A DNA stretch of 64,000 nt from assembly GCF_964204645.1 (NCBI RefSeq), contig NC_134030.1, forward strand, positions 1,967,355 through 2,031,354. Direction: 5' to 3'. Origin of the DNA: Tubulanus polymorphus. Taxonomy: Eukaryota; Animalia; Nemertea. Each line of letters starts with the position of its first letter. The stretch's first letter is position 1. Shown piece after piece: positions 1-13,945 of the stretch. Position numbers and translations under genes: made by a program. Below the pieces are notes generated by a model that worked only from the letters and a program-made list of their open reading frames with translations, was not told the origin of the DNA and did no database searches.

Positions 1-73
1 GGGCCGGGATTTTACAATTTAGACTCAAGAGCTGATTGTTTATTGATTGTATTTGTGTGTGTGATGTTTACAG

Positions 74-3000
74 ATATGATCTCGCCGACCTGTTACTGAA
101 ATTACGACAGTACGAAAAAGCTGAAAAAGTTCTCAAACAAGCAATTGAACAAGATGATTTAGGTACAAATCTATTCATGTTTACTGAAGCTGTGTCTTTT
201 TAATCCAAATTTGTATTTCTAATTCAATTTACTAAGTCATCATTTGGATAAGTCGTCACATTACTGAAGTCATCTCTATTTTTAAGCCCTATTTTTGAGT
301 CTCAATTTGTATTTCTAATTCAATTTACTAAGTGTAAGTCATCATTTGGATAAGTCGTCACATTACTGAAGTCATCTCTATTTTTAAGTCTCAATTTGTA
401 TTTCTAATTCAATTTACTAAGTGTAAGTCATCATTTGGATAAGTCGTCACATTACTGAAGTCATCTCTATTTTTGAGTCTCAATTTGTATTGCTAATTCA
501 ATTTACTAAGTGTAAATCATCAGCGTAATGATCTTGGTCACAACTACAATGATTTAACTGATTTAGACTGTGTAAACTGCCTCCCCCCACAGTCCCAGCT
601 GTGTAAGATGTTTCCTATGATGACATTATTTTCCTTGTATGAGATAAGATCCCATTTCAGACGACACCTGCTGGTCTGTCTCAGATCGCGCGTGTTTTCT
701 ATTTGGTCGAGATTATTAATGATATTTCTTACATCTCATTAGTTTAAGTCTGAGGAAAATCTAACATCTCAATAGATAAGAATCATAATAATGATTGCGA
801 GTTGTTTCTTTGTTTCAATAATCGTTTTATTCGTTGATGAAACTTGTTTCTTTTTGCAATATTTTTGGGGTACATACCTTATTTAGGTCTTAACGTAACC
901 CCTAGAATCGCAGAAGTGAGTTGAACCATCAAACTTAATGCAAGTTCCATACTTCTTTTACTCATGTTGAGAAAAGGGACTCGATTGAGTAAAATAGCAG
1001 TGATCGGCAGGGGTTGATAATGAGTTGTTTGTTTATTTTGTAGGCAGTGATCTTCAGGGTCTAATGCAGAAAACTCGATACTATGTGTTACTATCGAAGG
1101 TCTATCAGAAAGTTGGACGTGTGGATGAGGCGTTGACTAATCTGAATAAAGCGAGGGAAATGCAGTCCAGGTAGAATTTATTCACAGAAATGTAAACTGA
1201 AGGGAAGGCTGACTTCACAAAAATCTGCCTGTAATCTTCTGTTCAGCGTCCTCACCAGTTGCGATCAACAATAGATTTTCTAGACTGGTAACCGGCCTCT
1301 ATTTCTAATAAGCATTTTTCATGATTGGTTAAAGTCTTTCAACTTAACCAAGTCTTGAAAATGCAATCCTCAATCCTCGCTGAGAAAATATCATCGAAAG
1401 TATTGCTGAGAAAATCTATTGTTTATTGATAAAGGTGAGGTTGCTGATCAGAACACAAGATTAGTAGACGTGTCTAGTGGGTTTTTGAAGAGTCGGCATT
1501 CCCTTCTTCATTTTACATTTCTATGTATTCTTCAACTGATTATTCCAGGGTTTAAACCCCTCTTTCTTTCTCTCTCACACTGTTATTTCAATCTTCTATC
1601 GTGAACAGAGTTTTAAAGAGAGTTCAAACCGAACAGCCGGACGCGGTCTCCTCGCAGAAACAGCTCGCTGCTGACATCTGTTGTCAAGTATCGGAACACG
1701 CTGCATCTCACAGGGAATATGATAAAGCCATCAAATCATATAAAGAGGCTTTGACTTATATGGAAAATGACAGCAAGGTAAAAACTGAATTATTCTATCA
1801 ACTAGAATTAGAGGGACAGGAGTCTTTCACCAACTCTTACTCGGTATTTCATACCACCTCTTGGTAGAAGTTTACCATTCCCTTGTCTCTTACTGCAGTA
1901 AAGTTTTGAGTCTCAAAACATAACCTCATGAAAAGACTGAGTCTGCTCCACATTAGATTTCTGTATGAACTAGAATTAGAGGGCCAACAGTCTTTCACAA
2001 ACTCTTACTCGGTATTTGATACCATCTCTTGGTAGGAGTTTACCAGTCACTTGTCTCTTACTGCAGTAAAGTTTTGAGTCTCAAAACATAACCTCATGAA
2101 AAGACTGAGTCTGCTCCACATAAGATTTCTGTATGAACTAGAAAAAGAGGGCCAACAGTCTTTCACAAACTCTTACTCGGTATTTGATACCACCTCTTGG
2201 TAGGAGTTTACCAGTCACTTGTCTCTTACTGCAGTAAAGTTGTGAGTCTCAAAACATAACCTCATGAAAAGACAGAGTCTGCTCCACATAAGATTTCTGT
2301 ATGAACTAGGAAAAGAGGGCCAACGGTCTTTCACAAACTCTTACTCAGTATTCGATACCAAGTTGGGGTAGAATTTTCCAGTCTTAACTTCACACAGAGT
2401 CTACTGCTTACTCAGTATCTGACACCAACTCGGGGTACAATTTTACCAGTCTTAACTTTACTGCAATAAGAGACACAGAGTCTACTTGTGACAGAGTGTA
2501 TGACAGCGTTCCTACTAGCTCAGCTAACGGGAATATACTCTTTAGCTCAGCGGTAGAGCGTCTGCCTTGGACGCCAGGCATCGAGAGTTCAAATCTCGGG
2601 AAGGACAGAAATTTCTTCCTGTTGCATACTGCTTACTCAGTTGCTGACACCAACTCAGGGTAGAAGTCCCTCATCTCTGACGTATTATCCCTCATTTCTG
2701 CAGTAAAGTTTTTAGTCTCAAGACTTTACTGCATGAAAAGAGAGAGTTAACTACTGTATTTGTAAGCTCTCTGATAAATGAATGTATTTATTTATAGATA
2801 ATGTTAGAGTTGGCGAGATTGTATTTATTAACTGAAGATTTAGATTCGTGTCAGCATCAATGTATGACCCTACTGAAGGCCGATACCGAGAATGACGCCG
2901 CTACTGTGATGATGGCTGATTTAATGTTCCGTAAAAATGAGTACGATTCTGCGACGTTTCACTTTCAACAGTTATTAGAACGTAAACCAGGTCAGTTTCA

Positions 3001-6000
3001 TCTGAGAGAGAAAACCATCAATCTTCATGAGAGAGGCGAAGTGGCCGAGTGGGTTAATCCGCCGGTCACTGACTGGTCTCGTCAATCCAGGATTTATGGG
3101 TTCAAACCCTGGTGGTGACAGAGTTTCTTGGTCGAAGGTTCTTCTCTGGTCTCTCCCCCATTGGGAAATGAAACATCGAACCCGCTTATAATGCCCTGCG
3201 TGGCGCTTAGCGGGTTGGGGGTGTTGAAAAAAAATCAATCTTTATCAATGATTGTATATTGATATGAAATCCCATGCTAAGAATAGGAGTCTGTAATGTT
3301 TCCTAGAGCGAGTAGTTAATTAGATCATTTAGTTTGTAACTGTTGTTATGCTGTATATAACGATACTCCCTAGTTCGTATCGTATCACCGCTACTTAATT
3401 AGTCTCTTAGTTTCTTACGTCTGGGGCTGGCTCCATAGTCATTCATGGCTTAGACTAAGACCAGTCTGGCTTAAACCAGTCTAAGACTCTCCTAGTTCTA
3501 TAGCCAATCTAACAAATTAAGACCAGTCTTTAGGTTTCAGACCACTTTCGGACTTAAGTCTCGACTATGTAACTGGCCCCTGGATTGAATATAAACATAT
3601 CTCATGATTTTGTAATAATCAAAGCTATAGTATTATTGCTCAAGATGATATAAGGATATAGTCGAAATGTTGAAATAGATGCTAGCTCATACAAAGAAAT
3701 TTCATGATCTTTATATTGTTAGTTTAGGATTTTGCATAATCTGATCAAAACGTATTCAGAGTTCATTAATGATTGTTTGTATTTGAATAGATCACTATGA
3801 AGCGTTAGCCCGGTTAATTGATCTACTACGTCGAGCTGGTAAATTAGAAGATGCTCCCAGATTCCTCGAAACTGCTGAGAAAGCATCGAATAAAGCTCAA
3901 ATTGAACCTGGATTTCAATATTCTAAAGGAATCTATGAATGGTACGTATTATTTATAGGGATTGACCCTATTATTTATTTGATTGGTAGATTTTGTTTGA
4001 TCTTGTGTCCCTTACAACCCGACCACACCTGCTGGGAGCAAAATAGGGAGTTTGATTCTGAAATCAGAAATCAAAGTACAGATATAATAGTCGTAGAATT
4101 TACTACAATTCAGTGGTTGAATTTACAGATAATTTTGTTTAAGTCAAAGTTCATGATTGGAAATTTCGGTTGCGGTTCATGGAAAAATAAGGTAGAACTC
4201 CAGGGCTGGGTTTCATAGATGTGGAAGAAAAATAGTCCCTGGGAATATTTTGAAATTCGTCAGTTCTCATCGTTACTACGGTGGTTGTTACCCAGATTTA
4301 GGATTTATCCCTAGAGATAACTTCGATACTCAGTCTATGAAACCGGGTCCTGGTATTTTTTGGCTTAAAGCGGCGCCACCCTGTTATATATGCGTATATC
4401 TGTATTGCAGGCATTTAGGAAACCCTAACGCCGCGTTACGACATTTTAACAAAGCTCGTAAAGACACAGATTGGGGACAAAAAGCCGTGTTTAATATGAT
4501 AGAAATCTGTCTGAATCCGGACAATGAAACGATCGGAGGAGAAGTTTTCGAATCTGTGGATAATGATTCGGGGTAAGATTACATTTCATTCTTCAATACA
4601 GCCTGGAACCTGCACAAACTCCAGATTACCACATGTGTTCAGTTCTTCACCCGAGACATTTTTTATTTAAAATGAACTACAAACACCAGACATTAGACAT
4701 TTTATCAGCACAGTTTCAACTCTCATAAACTGATCGTCTACACTTCACATGTGTTCAGTTCTTCACCCGAGACATTTTTTATTTAAAATGAACTACAAAC
4801 ACCAGATATTAGACATTTTATCAGCGCGCTTTCAAAAACTGATCGTCCACACTTCACATATTGTGTTCAGTGCTTCATCTGAGACATTTCTAAATGAAAA
4901 TGAACTACAAACACCAGACATTAGACATTTTATCAGCACATTTTCGAAAACTGATCGTCCACACTTCACATGTGTTCAGTGCTTCACCTGAGACATTTTC
5001 AATTGAAAATGAACTAGTAACATCTGATATTAGACATTTTATCAGCACAGTTTCAACTCTCAGAAACTGATCGTCCACACTTCACATGTGTTCAGTACTT
5101 CATCTGAGACATTGATATTTAGTTGAAAATGAACTACAAACACCAGACATTAGACATTTTATCAGCACATTTTCAAAACTGATCGTCCACACTTCACATG
5201 TGTTCAGTGCTTCATCTGAGACATTTTCAATTGAAAATGAACTAGTAACATCTGATATTAGACATTTTATCAGCACAGTTTCAACTCTCAGAAACTGATC
5301 CACACTTCACACTTCACATGTGTTCAGAACTTCACCCGTGACATTTTTAATTGAAAATGAGCTACGAACACCAGATATAAGACATTTTATCAGTACACTT
5401 TCAAAAACGTCCACACTTCACACTAAAACAGGGTGAATGACCGAAGGGCTGCAGATTGATCATTTTATAAGTATTTCTAACAGTTGAATTGAAATGTATA
5501 TTTTGTAGAAGCGCAGCTGAAAAAGCCGATAGTGAACAATTAGCAGTTCGTACCGCTGATAAACTACTGAAAGAATTACGTATTAAACCGAGTGATATTC
5601 GTCCTAGATTACTCGAGAATATGATTCTAGTTGCTACAAAAAATAAAGCTAACGTTGAGAAAGCTTTATCTGCGTTTATGGAAATAGCGTCGACTGAGGT
5701 AAAAATACTGGATCTCTGTTCTAATTAGAATATTGAATCGAAACGTCAGAAATAAATCGAGTTTTCGTAATATATGAAAATTAACCGTCATTTGAGAGTT
5801 GTTGAAAACGAATTTTAACACGAAAAATTAATTCTGAAGATGACTCCAAGGATATAGCCGAAAAGCTGGATAAATCATAAGGAAAAAACAAACATTAGCT
5901 TAAGGAAACATCAAGGACTCGTATGAGATTTCATCTGATTACAACACGGACTCAGAGTGTGTTGATTAGTGTCTCATCAATGGATATCTAAACTGGGCCC

Positions 6001-7953
6001 ACATTGTAATGACTAGTGTTACTTTTTGATTCAGAACTTTGTAAAAAAGAAAAACCTTAAAAAAATCGATGAAAAGTTAGGGAAATAAGTTGAGATTGTT
6101 AGATCATGCAGGTCTGTCTAATGAGTTGTCTATCTATCTATCTCTATATTTGTAGCGGGACCACGTAGGCGCGCTGTACGGAATGGCTACTGCTTACATG
6201 GTTCTCAAACAGGTTCCTCGCGCGCGTAATCAATTAAAACGAATCGCCAAAGTGAACTGGAACATGCAGGATGCCGAGGATTTAGAGAAAGGATGGCTCT
6301 TACTCGCCGATATTTATATTCAATCCGGGAAATACGATATGGCTCAGGATTTACTGAAACGATGTTTGCAACATAATCTAGTAAGTTTAGATGTTTCCTT
6401 CGTTTATCAGGGGTGCATGGAGTCTAGACAGTATTTTCGGTTTAGAGGGGCACCTAATAAAAGTATCTCCAGAGGTCCTGTGCTACTTTGGGGAACGTAG
6501 CCCCTCATGCCGCATACTATTGCCCTTCTTCGGGCCTCTGCCCTAAGTGATTTAGCCGATTTTCAACCCCCTTGCCACACCCCCTTCCATGTCCAGATTT
6601 ACAGTCATCTGTCCAAGTTCTATTCAACATGGACAAATGTTGCTTCACGCAAAACCACGGTTTGATTATCGAAAAGAAAAATATCACTCAATGAGTTTTC
6701 AGTCATGAAATCATCAGGATAAACAGATATATGTCAGAATGTTCTATTATTCATTGGGACAAATATTCAAGTCCTCATTTCCGCAATTCTATAAGCATCA
6801 TGTAAATTGGGAGAATTGAAGAGAAAATCCTTGGTCTTTATTTCACAAACATTCACTCGGTATTTATCATATTTGTGTTTTTTAGTCGTGTTGTAAAGCG
6901 TATGAATATATGGGATTCGTGATGGAGAAAGAACAGTCGTATAAAGACGCTGCTAAAAACTACGAGATGGCCTGGAAATATGGAAACAAGAATAATCCTG
7001 CTATCGGTAAATTTACATTCATCATTACCACAACCAGTTCCACAATGAGAGCAGTCTCATTATCACAACCAGTTCCACAATGAGAGCAGTCTCATTATCA
7101 CAACCAGTTCCACAATGAGAGCAGTCTCATTATCACAACCAGTTCCACAATCGTGATATTTCAATAGAGCAGTCTCATTATCACAACCAGTTCCACAATC
7201 GTGATATTTCAATAGAGCAGTCTCGGTAGCTCTGTGAGATAAGGCGTCGTGGCGTTGCAAATGGTGCTAAAAATATTGATTCTAAATTTCAAACCTTTTT
7301 CACGGAGTCTTAACAGTAAAATTATCGTATTTTCACCGTTATCATGCACGGTACGAGATCAAAGTTAAAATCAAATAAACAATTGATGCGATCGGATTTC
7401 TATCAGATCAACGCGGAGTAGTCTCAGTAGCTCTGCGAGATAAGGCATGATGCTGTTGTATCCACTATCAGTGATGAGTGGGTTCGAATCCTGCTGGCTG
7501 CTTACAGTGTGCGGTCAACACTTCAAAGGTGGCCATCCCGTAGTGAGGTTAAATGAACAATCCAGTAGGGTTAGTCTTGGGAAGCCAAGATCCAAGCGAC
7601 GAAAAGCCAAAACAAACAAAACTAAACCAAAAATCATTCAAATCGTTTTTTGGATCGTTCTGGATCCTGTATTCCTCTTATTGTTATTTATAAATTGTTT
7701 GATGATGTTTCAGGTTATAAATTGGGTTTTAATTATCTGAAGGCGAGAAGATTTACTGATGCTATCGATATTTGCCATCATGTAAGTAAAGTAGAACAGT
7801 CTCCTGATGAAGGTTCGGAAATATTTTCGTCGTTTTCAGTCTTTTAAATCAAGAGTCTGTTTTGTTATTTTGTAGGTTTTGGCGAGTCACGCTAATTATC
7901 CGAAAATACGTAAAGATATCTTGGATAAAGCACGAGCAAGTCTTAGAGTTTAG
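74..7953 (+). CDS. TTC21B: Tetratricopeptide repeat protein 21B / IFT139 (IFT-A), 3' portion; gene starts upstream of the window
   Basis: Eleven GT-AG exons in consistent phase: 74-162, 1044-1170, 1609-1777, 2798-2990, 3791-3941, 4411-4572, 5509-5698, 6156-6380, 6886-7006, 7714-7781, 7876-7953 (TAG). TPR-like translation includes [36 protein letters not shown] and the C-terminus [25 protein letters not shown], matching the TTC21 C-terminus as I recall it. Confidence 0.95.
181..517. repeat. Intronic tandem repeat, ~89-bp unit, ~3.5 copies
   Basis: AATTTGTATTTCTAATTCAATTTACTAAG recurs at ~208, 304, 393, 482; a dispersed copy lies at ~43471. Confidence 0.85.
1795..2360. repeat. Intronic tandem repeat, ~169-bp unit, ~3.4 copies
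   Basis: AACTCTTACTCGGTATT recurs at ~1832, 2000, 2168, 2337. Confidence 0.9.
2538..2610 (+). mobile_element. tRNA-like SINE head or pseudo-tRNA
   Basis: TAGCTCAGCGGTAGAGC D-arm and GAGAGTTCAAATCTC T-arm, but poor anticodon and acceptor stems. Confidence 0.55.
3034..3240 (+). mobile_element. tRNA-derived SINE in a TTC21B intron
   Basis: A-box TGGCCGAGTGG, B-box GGTTCAAACC, ~200-bp body and a short A-rich tail. Confidence 0.6.
4630..5422. repeat. Intronic tandem repeat, ~118-122-bp unit, ~7 copies
   Basis: CACATGTGTTCAG...AGACATTTTATCAGCAC recurs. Confidence 0.9.
7420..7632 (+). mobile_element. tRNA-derived SINE
   Basis: B-box GGTTCGAATCC at ~7481 and an (AAAC)n-like tail; 5' end also duplicated at ~7218-7245. 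Confidence 0.5.
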
Positions 7954-8491
7954 AATCTCCGTTCGTCACTGTCTGAAATATATGGATCAAATCCGTCCGA
8001 AACATTCCTGCCTATACAAACATGGTTCTTCCAGTAAGGGCAATTTACGGAATTCCGACTTTTCAAAAAGAAAGTTAAGGAATTTGAATTTTTGGTATCT
8101 TGTCGTTCTTGCTGGTGACACAAGTGGCATAAGGGACCTTTTGATCAGAAACAGCCCTCACCGAGGATATCTTACAATTTTATCGGGGAATTTTTGTCAA
8201 AGGTTGGGGAAACGAAATTCCCTTATCTGTTAGAACCCTGTACAAACCGTTGCGTAGATTTTTCTGTAAAGGCAAAATTTTCTTAATGTTTACTGCTCTC
8301 CAAAATTGTATCACTCGAGATGTTGAAAATATGACTGTTAACAAATATTTAAAAATATCAGTTTCTGGTTAATTCAATTAAACCAGATATTTATTATTTA
8401 TTCTACATAAAATGAATTTTATAAATACATGTACTCAACTTTATTGTACAAAATATACAGATGGAATCATTTGAAAAATGTCTTCAATATT

Positions 8492-8627
8492 TCACTGAGT
8501 TGGAGATCACTGAGTAGATCACTGAGTTGGAAGTCACTGAGTAGATCACTGAGTTGGAAGTCACTGAGTAGGAGATCACTGAGTTGGAGATCACTGAGTC
8601 GGAGGTCACGAGTTGTAGGTCACTGAA
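8492..8627. repeat. Short TCACTGAGT-based tandem repeat in the METAP1D 3' UTR, supplying its stop codon
   Basis: About 9-10 units of 12-15 bp; the METAP1D TGA is the TCA at 8620-8622 of the last unit. Confidence 0.85.
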
Positions 8628-11374
8628 TCGGAGGATCGTTGATATTGTTGTCAGATGTTAATATCTCGACTGCAGTATCTGTTATTAATACAGTATGTTC
8701 AAACTGTGCCGATCGACTGTTATCCAATGAAACGGCCGTCCATCCGTCTGCTAGTATCTGATACTGTGGTGAACCTTCACTGAGAGCTGGTTCTATAATT
8801 ACACATCAATGTGGATTACATCAGTGATTACGAGCGAGTACAGGGATCATTGATAAAGCAAAATTCAGCCAATTTTCAACCCCTATGTACTGCGAACCTT
8901 GCCCAACTGGACATGGGCAACTCGGGACTTAAACAAAATCTTTTTCTGTATTTCCTTTATCACATGTTTCCAATTCTTAAAACTCGGACTTTGTTAAATT
9001 CAGACCAAATTTGGTGGTCAGTTGGTCTGAGTTAGGTAAGGTTTATTGTACGCTATTTCACACTTCACATACTTTTAGCCTTGCTCCTATGTATGAAGCA
9101 TAAGCATTACGAACATCAGGAGAAGTAGACATTCTTTGTCAGTCCCCTGATCGCGTACATACTTTACGAACGTCCCCTAAAGAGGATTCTGCCGGTACGG
9201 AAATATCTTACCGATTGTAAACGTCATTCCAGGCAACATGCGATTTGTTCGATCATTATCTGTGAGCGAAAGAGCACAAACTATTCATTTAACTGCGGCC
9301 TAAATCAGAGTTTGCAATCGAACATTTCAAATCTGTTCTTACCGACGTGGATAACATCAGGAGGACCGTGAAAATATTGTCCTATCCCGTGTCCGCACAG
9401 GTTCCCGATTACATTAAAACCATTTTCGGAAGCAATTTTACTGAAAAAATAGCATATTTTATCACAATTTTTCCCTGGTTTCATAACAAATTGGCAACTG
9501 GATCTAGTTTTACAATTGTGGGTCGAAATTTCTACTTCAAGATTTATGAAAAGATTTGACCCGATTTCGAATTTTGTACTTATTTTGAAATCAACAGAAA
9601 TATGTGCGGTGTCTCACCTGACAGATCGACCAATCACGTTGAAGTATTCACCCGGGTCACATGAATCAATAGCTGCCATTAAACATTTCTCTGTCGTTTC
9701 GATCAGTTTTCGACCGTTTTCATCAACACTACCGACTTCATACGTAGCAGACGTATCGCCGTGGTAACCATTATAATACACCTGAAAACTTTTATTGGAT
9801 ATTTCAAATCAGTTTGAAATTTTGAATATTTCCGAACACGAATGATTTAGAATTTACCGTAAGATCGATGTTTATAATATCCCCGTCTCGTAATGCCCGA
9901 CTGTCCGGTATCCCGTGACAACATACATTGTTGACGGACGTACAAACGGATTTCGGGAATCCGCGATATTTCAGCGGGGAGGGATACGCATTGTGACGGA
10001 TACATTCCGTGTGAACAATTTCATCGATTTCATCAGTGGTAACACCGGCCTGAGTGGAAGAGAAGACAGAGTATGAGCTGATATTACTAGAGGGGCATTA
10101 AAACTAGTAGTGAAGTTTCAGATCTTTTTTTTCAATGCACAAAACTAAGTCAGCACGATTCTTCTGAATCCAAAAACGTTTTAAATCAATGAAATAATAA
10201 AATGCATGCAACTGAATTCAGAATCTATAAAGAAACGATCAATTTAAATTTTGACTTAAAGTAGTAGGCCTAGACCTTATTTCCATGACATTGAGCACAA
10301 AAAGAAAGAACTTATCAGCAGGACTTAAGCGACTAATCAGACCTTATCTCCACAAGTTTAAGAATTTGTCGTACTCGCTACAAACATTTCTAAAAATGAA
10401 TTACCTGTATAAATTTAGCGGAATGATGAAGTACTTTTCGAGCTATCGCACACGCCTTTCTCATACAGCGAATCTGTTCCGCTGTTTTAATTTCTGGTTT
10501 CAACAATATTGGATAAGCTGCTGCTGCTGCTGCTGTGTTGTCAGTAGTTACAGCGTATGGGGGTAAGTTTATACGCCGCGGAACCGATAACGGCGAACTT
10601 ACATCAGCTGGAACAACTATACTCGTTTTCTGTTTCCTGTAGACATAAACAATATAACTTAGAATTACAATGAGTTATAGAGCATAAGTTTAATAATTGA
10701 AATCAAAACCAGTGGCTCATAGTCGAAGTTTAGGGGGTCAGGGGGGTTGAGTAGCTGAGATGCTCCAATTGATAATTATCGCTACTTTATTGTACGTAAT
10801 CATTACTATGTAGTTGTTGGGATATTGGAGCGTCTTAGTTTCTAAATACCCCAAACTTCAATATCCAGCCCCTGAGCCAAGGCTATGAGTTTGCTGGGAC
10901 CAAGAATAATGGGGTGCTTATAACAGATATTGGCTAGGCATAATGAAGAGAATGGTGTAGTTTTCATTAAATTTGAATTAAGTAAGTTAAGCAGCCTAGA
11001 TCTCGATCAGATCGAGGTCCGCCACAAAACAAATTGGCAATATTTCAGCGGTCATCCTGGAAGTAGCGTTGAGAACTGAATGGTGATCTCATTCATAACG
11101 GGCACTGACTTGAAATTCACCTGAATTTGAACATGTCGAACCATCCTGATTTGTGTCTGATTTGTTGAACCCATATCGATGTCGACAATGATTTCCTGCT
11201 GAACAGTGGCAGCGACAACGGAATCATGAGTTTCACCAAGGATCGACCTGTTACATAGATATATAGAGGATAGATACATTTATAACAGTCAAACACAGAA
11301 ACACCTGCGTTCAAAAACACAATACAAGCAACACACGCACCTGTGACAGCTGCCGGTTTCATGGGCGCTGACAT
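8620..11374 (-). CDS. METAP1D: Mitochondrial methionine aminopeptidase type 1D
   Basis: Exons (descending): 11374-11341, 11247-11121, 10636-10405, 10049-9858, 9781-9618, 9440-9343, 9259-9212, 8792-8620 (TGA). Type I MetAP motifs: [69 protein letters not shown]. Basic presequence-like N-terminus and no N-terminal zinc finger, hence 1D rather than METAP1. Confidence 0.92.
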
Positions 11375-11555
11375 CTTCTTTCATTCTCACCTCCTATACA
11401 GAAAATTCCGTTAATTTGTTTCGCAGTGGCTGTATTAAAACTAGATTGAATACAGCCACGCATAAACAATTTGAACCGATGTGGCAGAATTCTGTTGGTT
11501 GATACAGATTAGGGCTCGAATCAGATACCCAGGTATCATATATTCACTATTCATC
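11375..11555. promoter_or_regulatory. Bidirectional promoter between METAP1D and CNPY
   Basis: Divergent start codons are separated by only 181 bp. Confidence 0.7.
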
Positions 11556-13945
11556 ATGAAACTCAACGTGGTAATATATTTAAACTAATTAAACTTATCG
11601 GTTATAATCAAACTGTTCATTGTGTCGTATTTTATTCTCTGTCACTGGCTGTCCTTCTGTCGTGGCTGTCAAAAAGCTAATTAATCAAAAGATGAGTATG
11701 TTGAATTTTCAGGTCATCGATGCTGCAGCGATGTTTGTTTTTATGTTAGTTTTGTTGGTGACATTTTCATCCGCTGCGAAACTGAGTAAAGATGAAATAT
11801 GTGGAGGTAATTGAAAGTTCCTATCCCACCCTCCTTACCCGCCTCCCTACCCGCCTCCCTTCCCGCCTCTCTACTGCAGTTTTGCGTTCAAGATTTTGTT
11901 AATTTCATGTTGAATATTTTGCAGCATGTTTGGCTCTCGTCGATGAAGTGAATAATGAAATAAAACAAGTCGATCCAAAAAAGATGATAAAAGTTGGAAG
12001 TTTTCGAGTTGACGGTCAGGGAAACCAACCACACGTCAGACAGGTGCGTATGAATAAACTATAGTATAATATTGCGCTCTTGCCTCAGATTTATACGACG
12101 GAAAGCATGCTAGCCAAGCAGAGTCCTGGGTTTATGATAATCCAAGTCAATTTGCTATGAGTCACGAGTCTTTACTGTAAGCACTTTCATTATTCAGGTG
12201 TTTAAATATCTGTATAATTTATTCAGGTTCCGTACGCGACGTCTGAAGAGAAACTTCACGAAGTAGTCGAACAATTGTGCGGAAAATTACACAACTACAC
12301 GAAACATACACCAGAGGGCAGCAGTGAGTCTCTGTGTGTGAGATCAACATCGAGAGATTACACTTCATACAGAACTCTAGGAATTACAACCGATAGAGAT
12401 CTAGGTTTACGATTAAAAAGAGCAGTAAGTTTCTAAAACCTCTTCTCAACTCTCTCTCCTGATTTTTGATATTTTGAAATAGAAGCTACAAGTTTCTCAA
12501 ATTTCCCTCATGATTTTGATATTTCAATATAAGTTTCTCAAACCTCTCTTGATTTTTTGATATATTTTGAAATAACAATCTCTAAAATATCTCAAATCTC
12601 TATTGATATTTCGAAATAACAAGTTATATGTTTCTCAAATCTCAGTAGATTTGTTGATATATTTTGAAATAACAATCTCTCTAGAATATCTCAAATCTCT
12701 ATCGATATTTCGAAATAACAAGTTATAGGTTTCTCAAATCTCTCTTGATTTGTTGATATATTTTGAAATAACAATCTCTCTAGAATATCTCAAATCTCTA
12801 TCAATATTTCGAAATAACAAGTTATAAGTTTCTCAAATCTCTCTTGATTTGTTGATATATTTTGAAATAACAATCTCTCTAGAATATCTCAAATCTCTAT
12901 TGATATTTCGAAATAACAAGTTATGTTTCTCAAATCTCTCTTGATTTGTTGATATATTTTGACATAATCTCTCTAGAATATCTCAAAATCTCTATTGATA
13001 TTTCGAAATAACGAGTTATAAGTTTCTCAAATCTCTTCGCAAATTGATATAAGATCAAGATTGATGAATTGATCCAAATGTTTGTGATTTATTTCTAGTG
13101 TCAGGACATCGTCGATGATCACGAAGAAGAAATAATTACGATGTTCAATAAAAATGAAGAAGATATTGATTTAAAACTATGCAAAGATTTAGCTGGTACG
13201 TGTACGACCTCTTAGGACTCGACATTGGCTCACTACAATACAGGCAGAGATTGCAAAACCTGTTTATTTGACACTCATCAGCCAGAAATCATAGGATTTT
13301 TTCGAAAATACGAACACCGAAGTCGCTGTTGATTTGTTGATATATTTTGAAATAACAATCTCTCTAGGATATCTCAAATCTCTATTGATATTTTGAAATA
13401 ACAAGTTATAAGTTTCTCAAATCCAGACAGAGATTAAAACCTGTTTATTTGACACTCATCAGCCAGAAATCATAACATTTCTTCAAAAATACCAAACACC
13501 GAAGTCGCGATCAGCTAATGGCCCTTGATGTGACTGCTTTATCCGAGAAAAGCTTTACTTTCCTTCTAGGACCTACCATCGAATTTTCTTAGCGTTCTTG
13601 ATTCCTGATAATGAAAAATGATGATTATAAAAATCACTGATCTGCGTTTGTCTTATTTCAGGTGTTTGTTCAACGGAAACAGTTCAACAGAAACGTGAAT
13701 TCCTCTCGAAAGAACCGCAGATGGTCGAACAAGCGAAACTAGAAGAAGAAAAAGAGAGAGTGAAAGAGGAAGCGGAGAGAAAAATACGAGAGGCTGAGGA
13801 AGAGAAGAAGAAGGCGGAAGAAGAGGCAGCGAAAAAAGAAGCCAAGAAGGAAAATGATGATGATGAGAAACAAAGTGAAAATGAAGATGATAAATCTACT
13901 GATGATGATAATAATGAAACTGATGCTAATAAGGATGAATTATGA
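11556..13945 (+). CDS. CNPY2: Canopy family (CNPY2-like) saposin-like ER protein with an acidic coiled-coil tail and KDEL
   Basis: Exons 11556-11570, 11713-11806, 11925-12043, 12227-12424, 13099-13195, 13662-13945. Signal peptide followed by CGACLALVDEV..IKQVDPKKMIKVGSFRVD..VPYATSE..LCG..CQDIVDDHEEEII..LCKDLAGVC (six canopy cysteines); ends KDEL*. Confidence 0.88.
12430..13035. repeat. Intronic tandem repeat, ~119-bp unit
   Basis: GATATATTTTGAAATAACAATCTCTCTAGAATATCTCAAATCTCTAT recurs about 4 times, with a further copy at ~13331-13422. Confidence 0.85.

Noticed and set aside
2538-2610. Functional tRNA gene
   Set aside because: Anticodon and acceptor stems do not pair properly; better explained as a SINE head.
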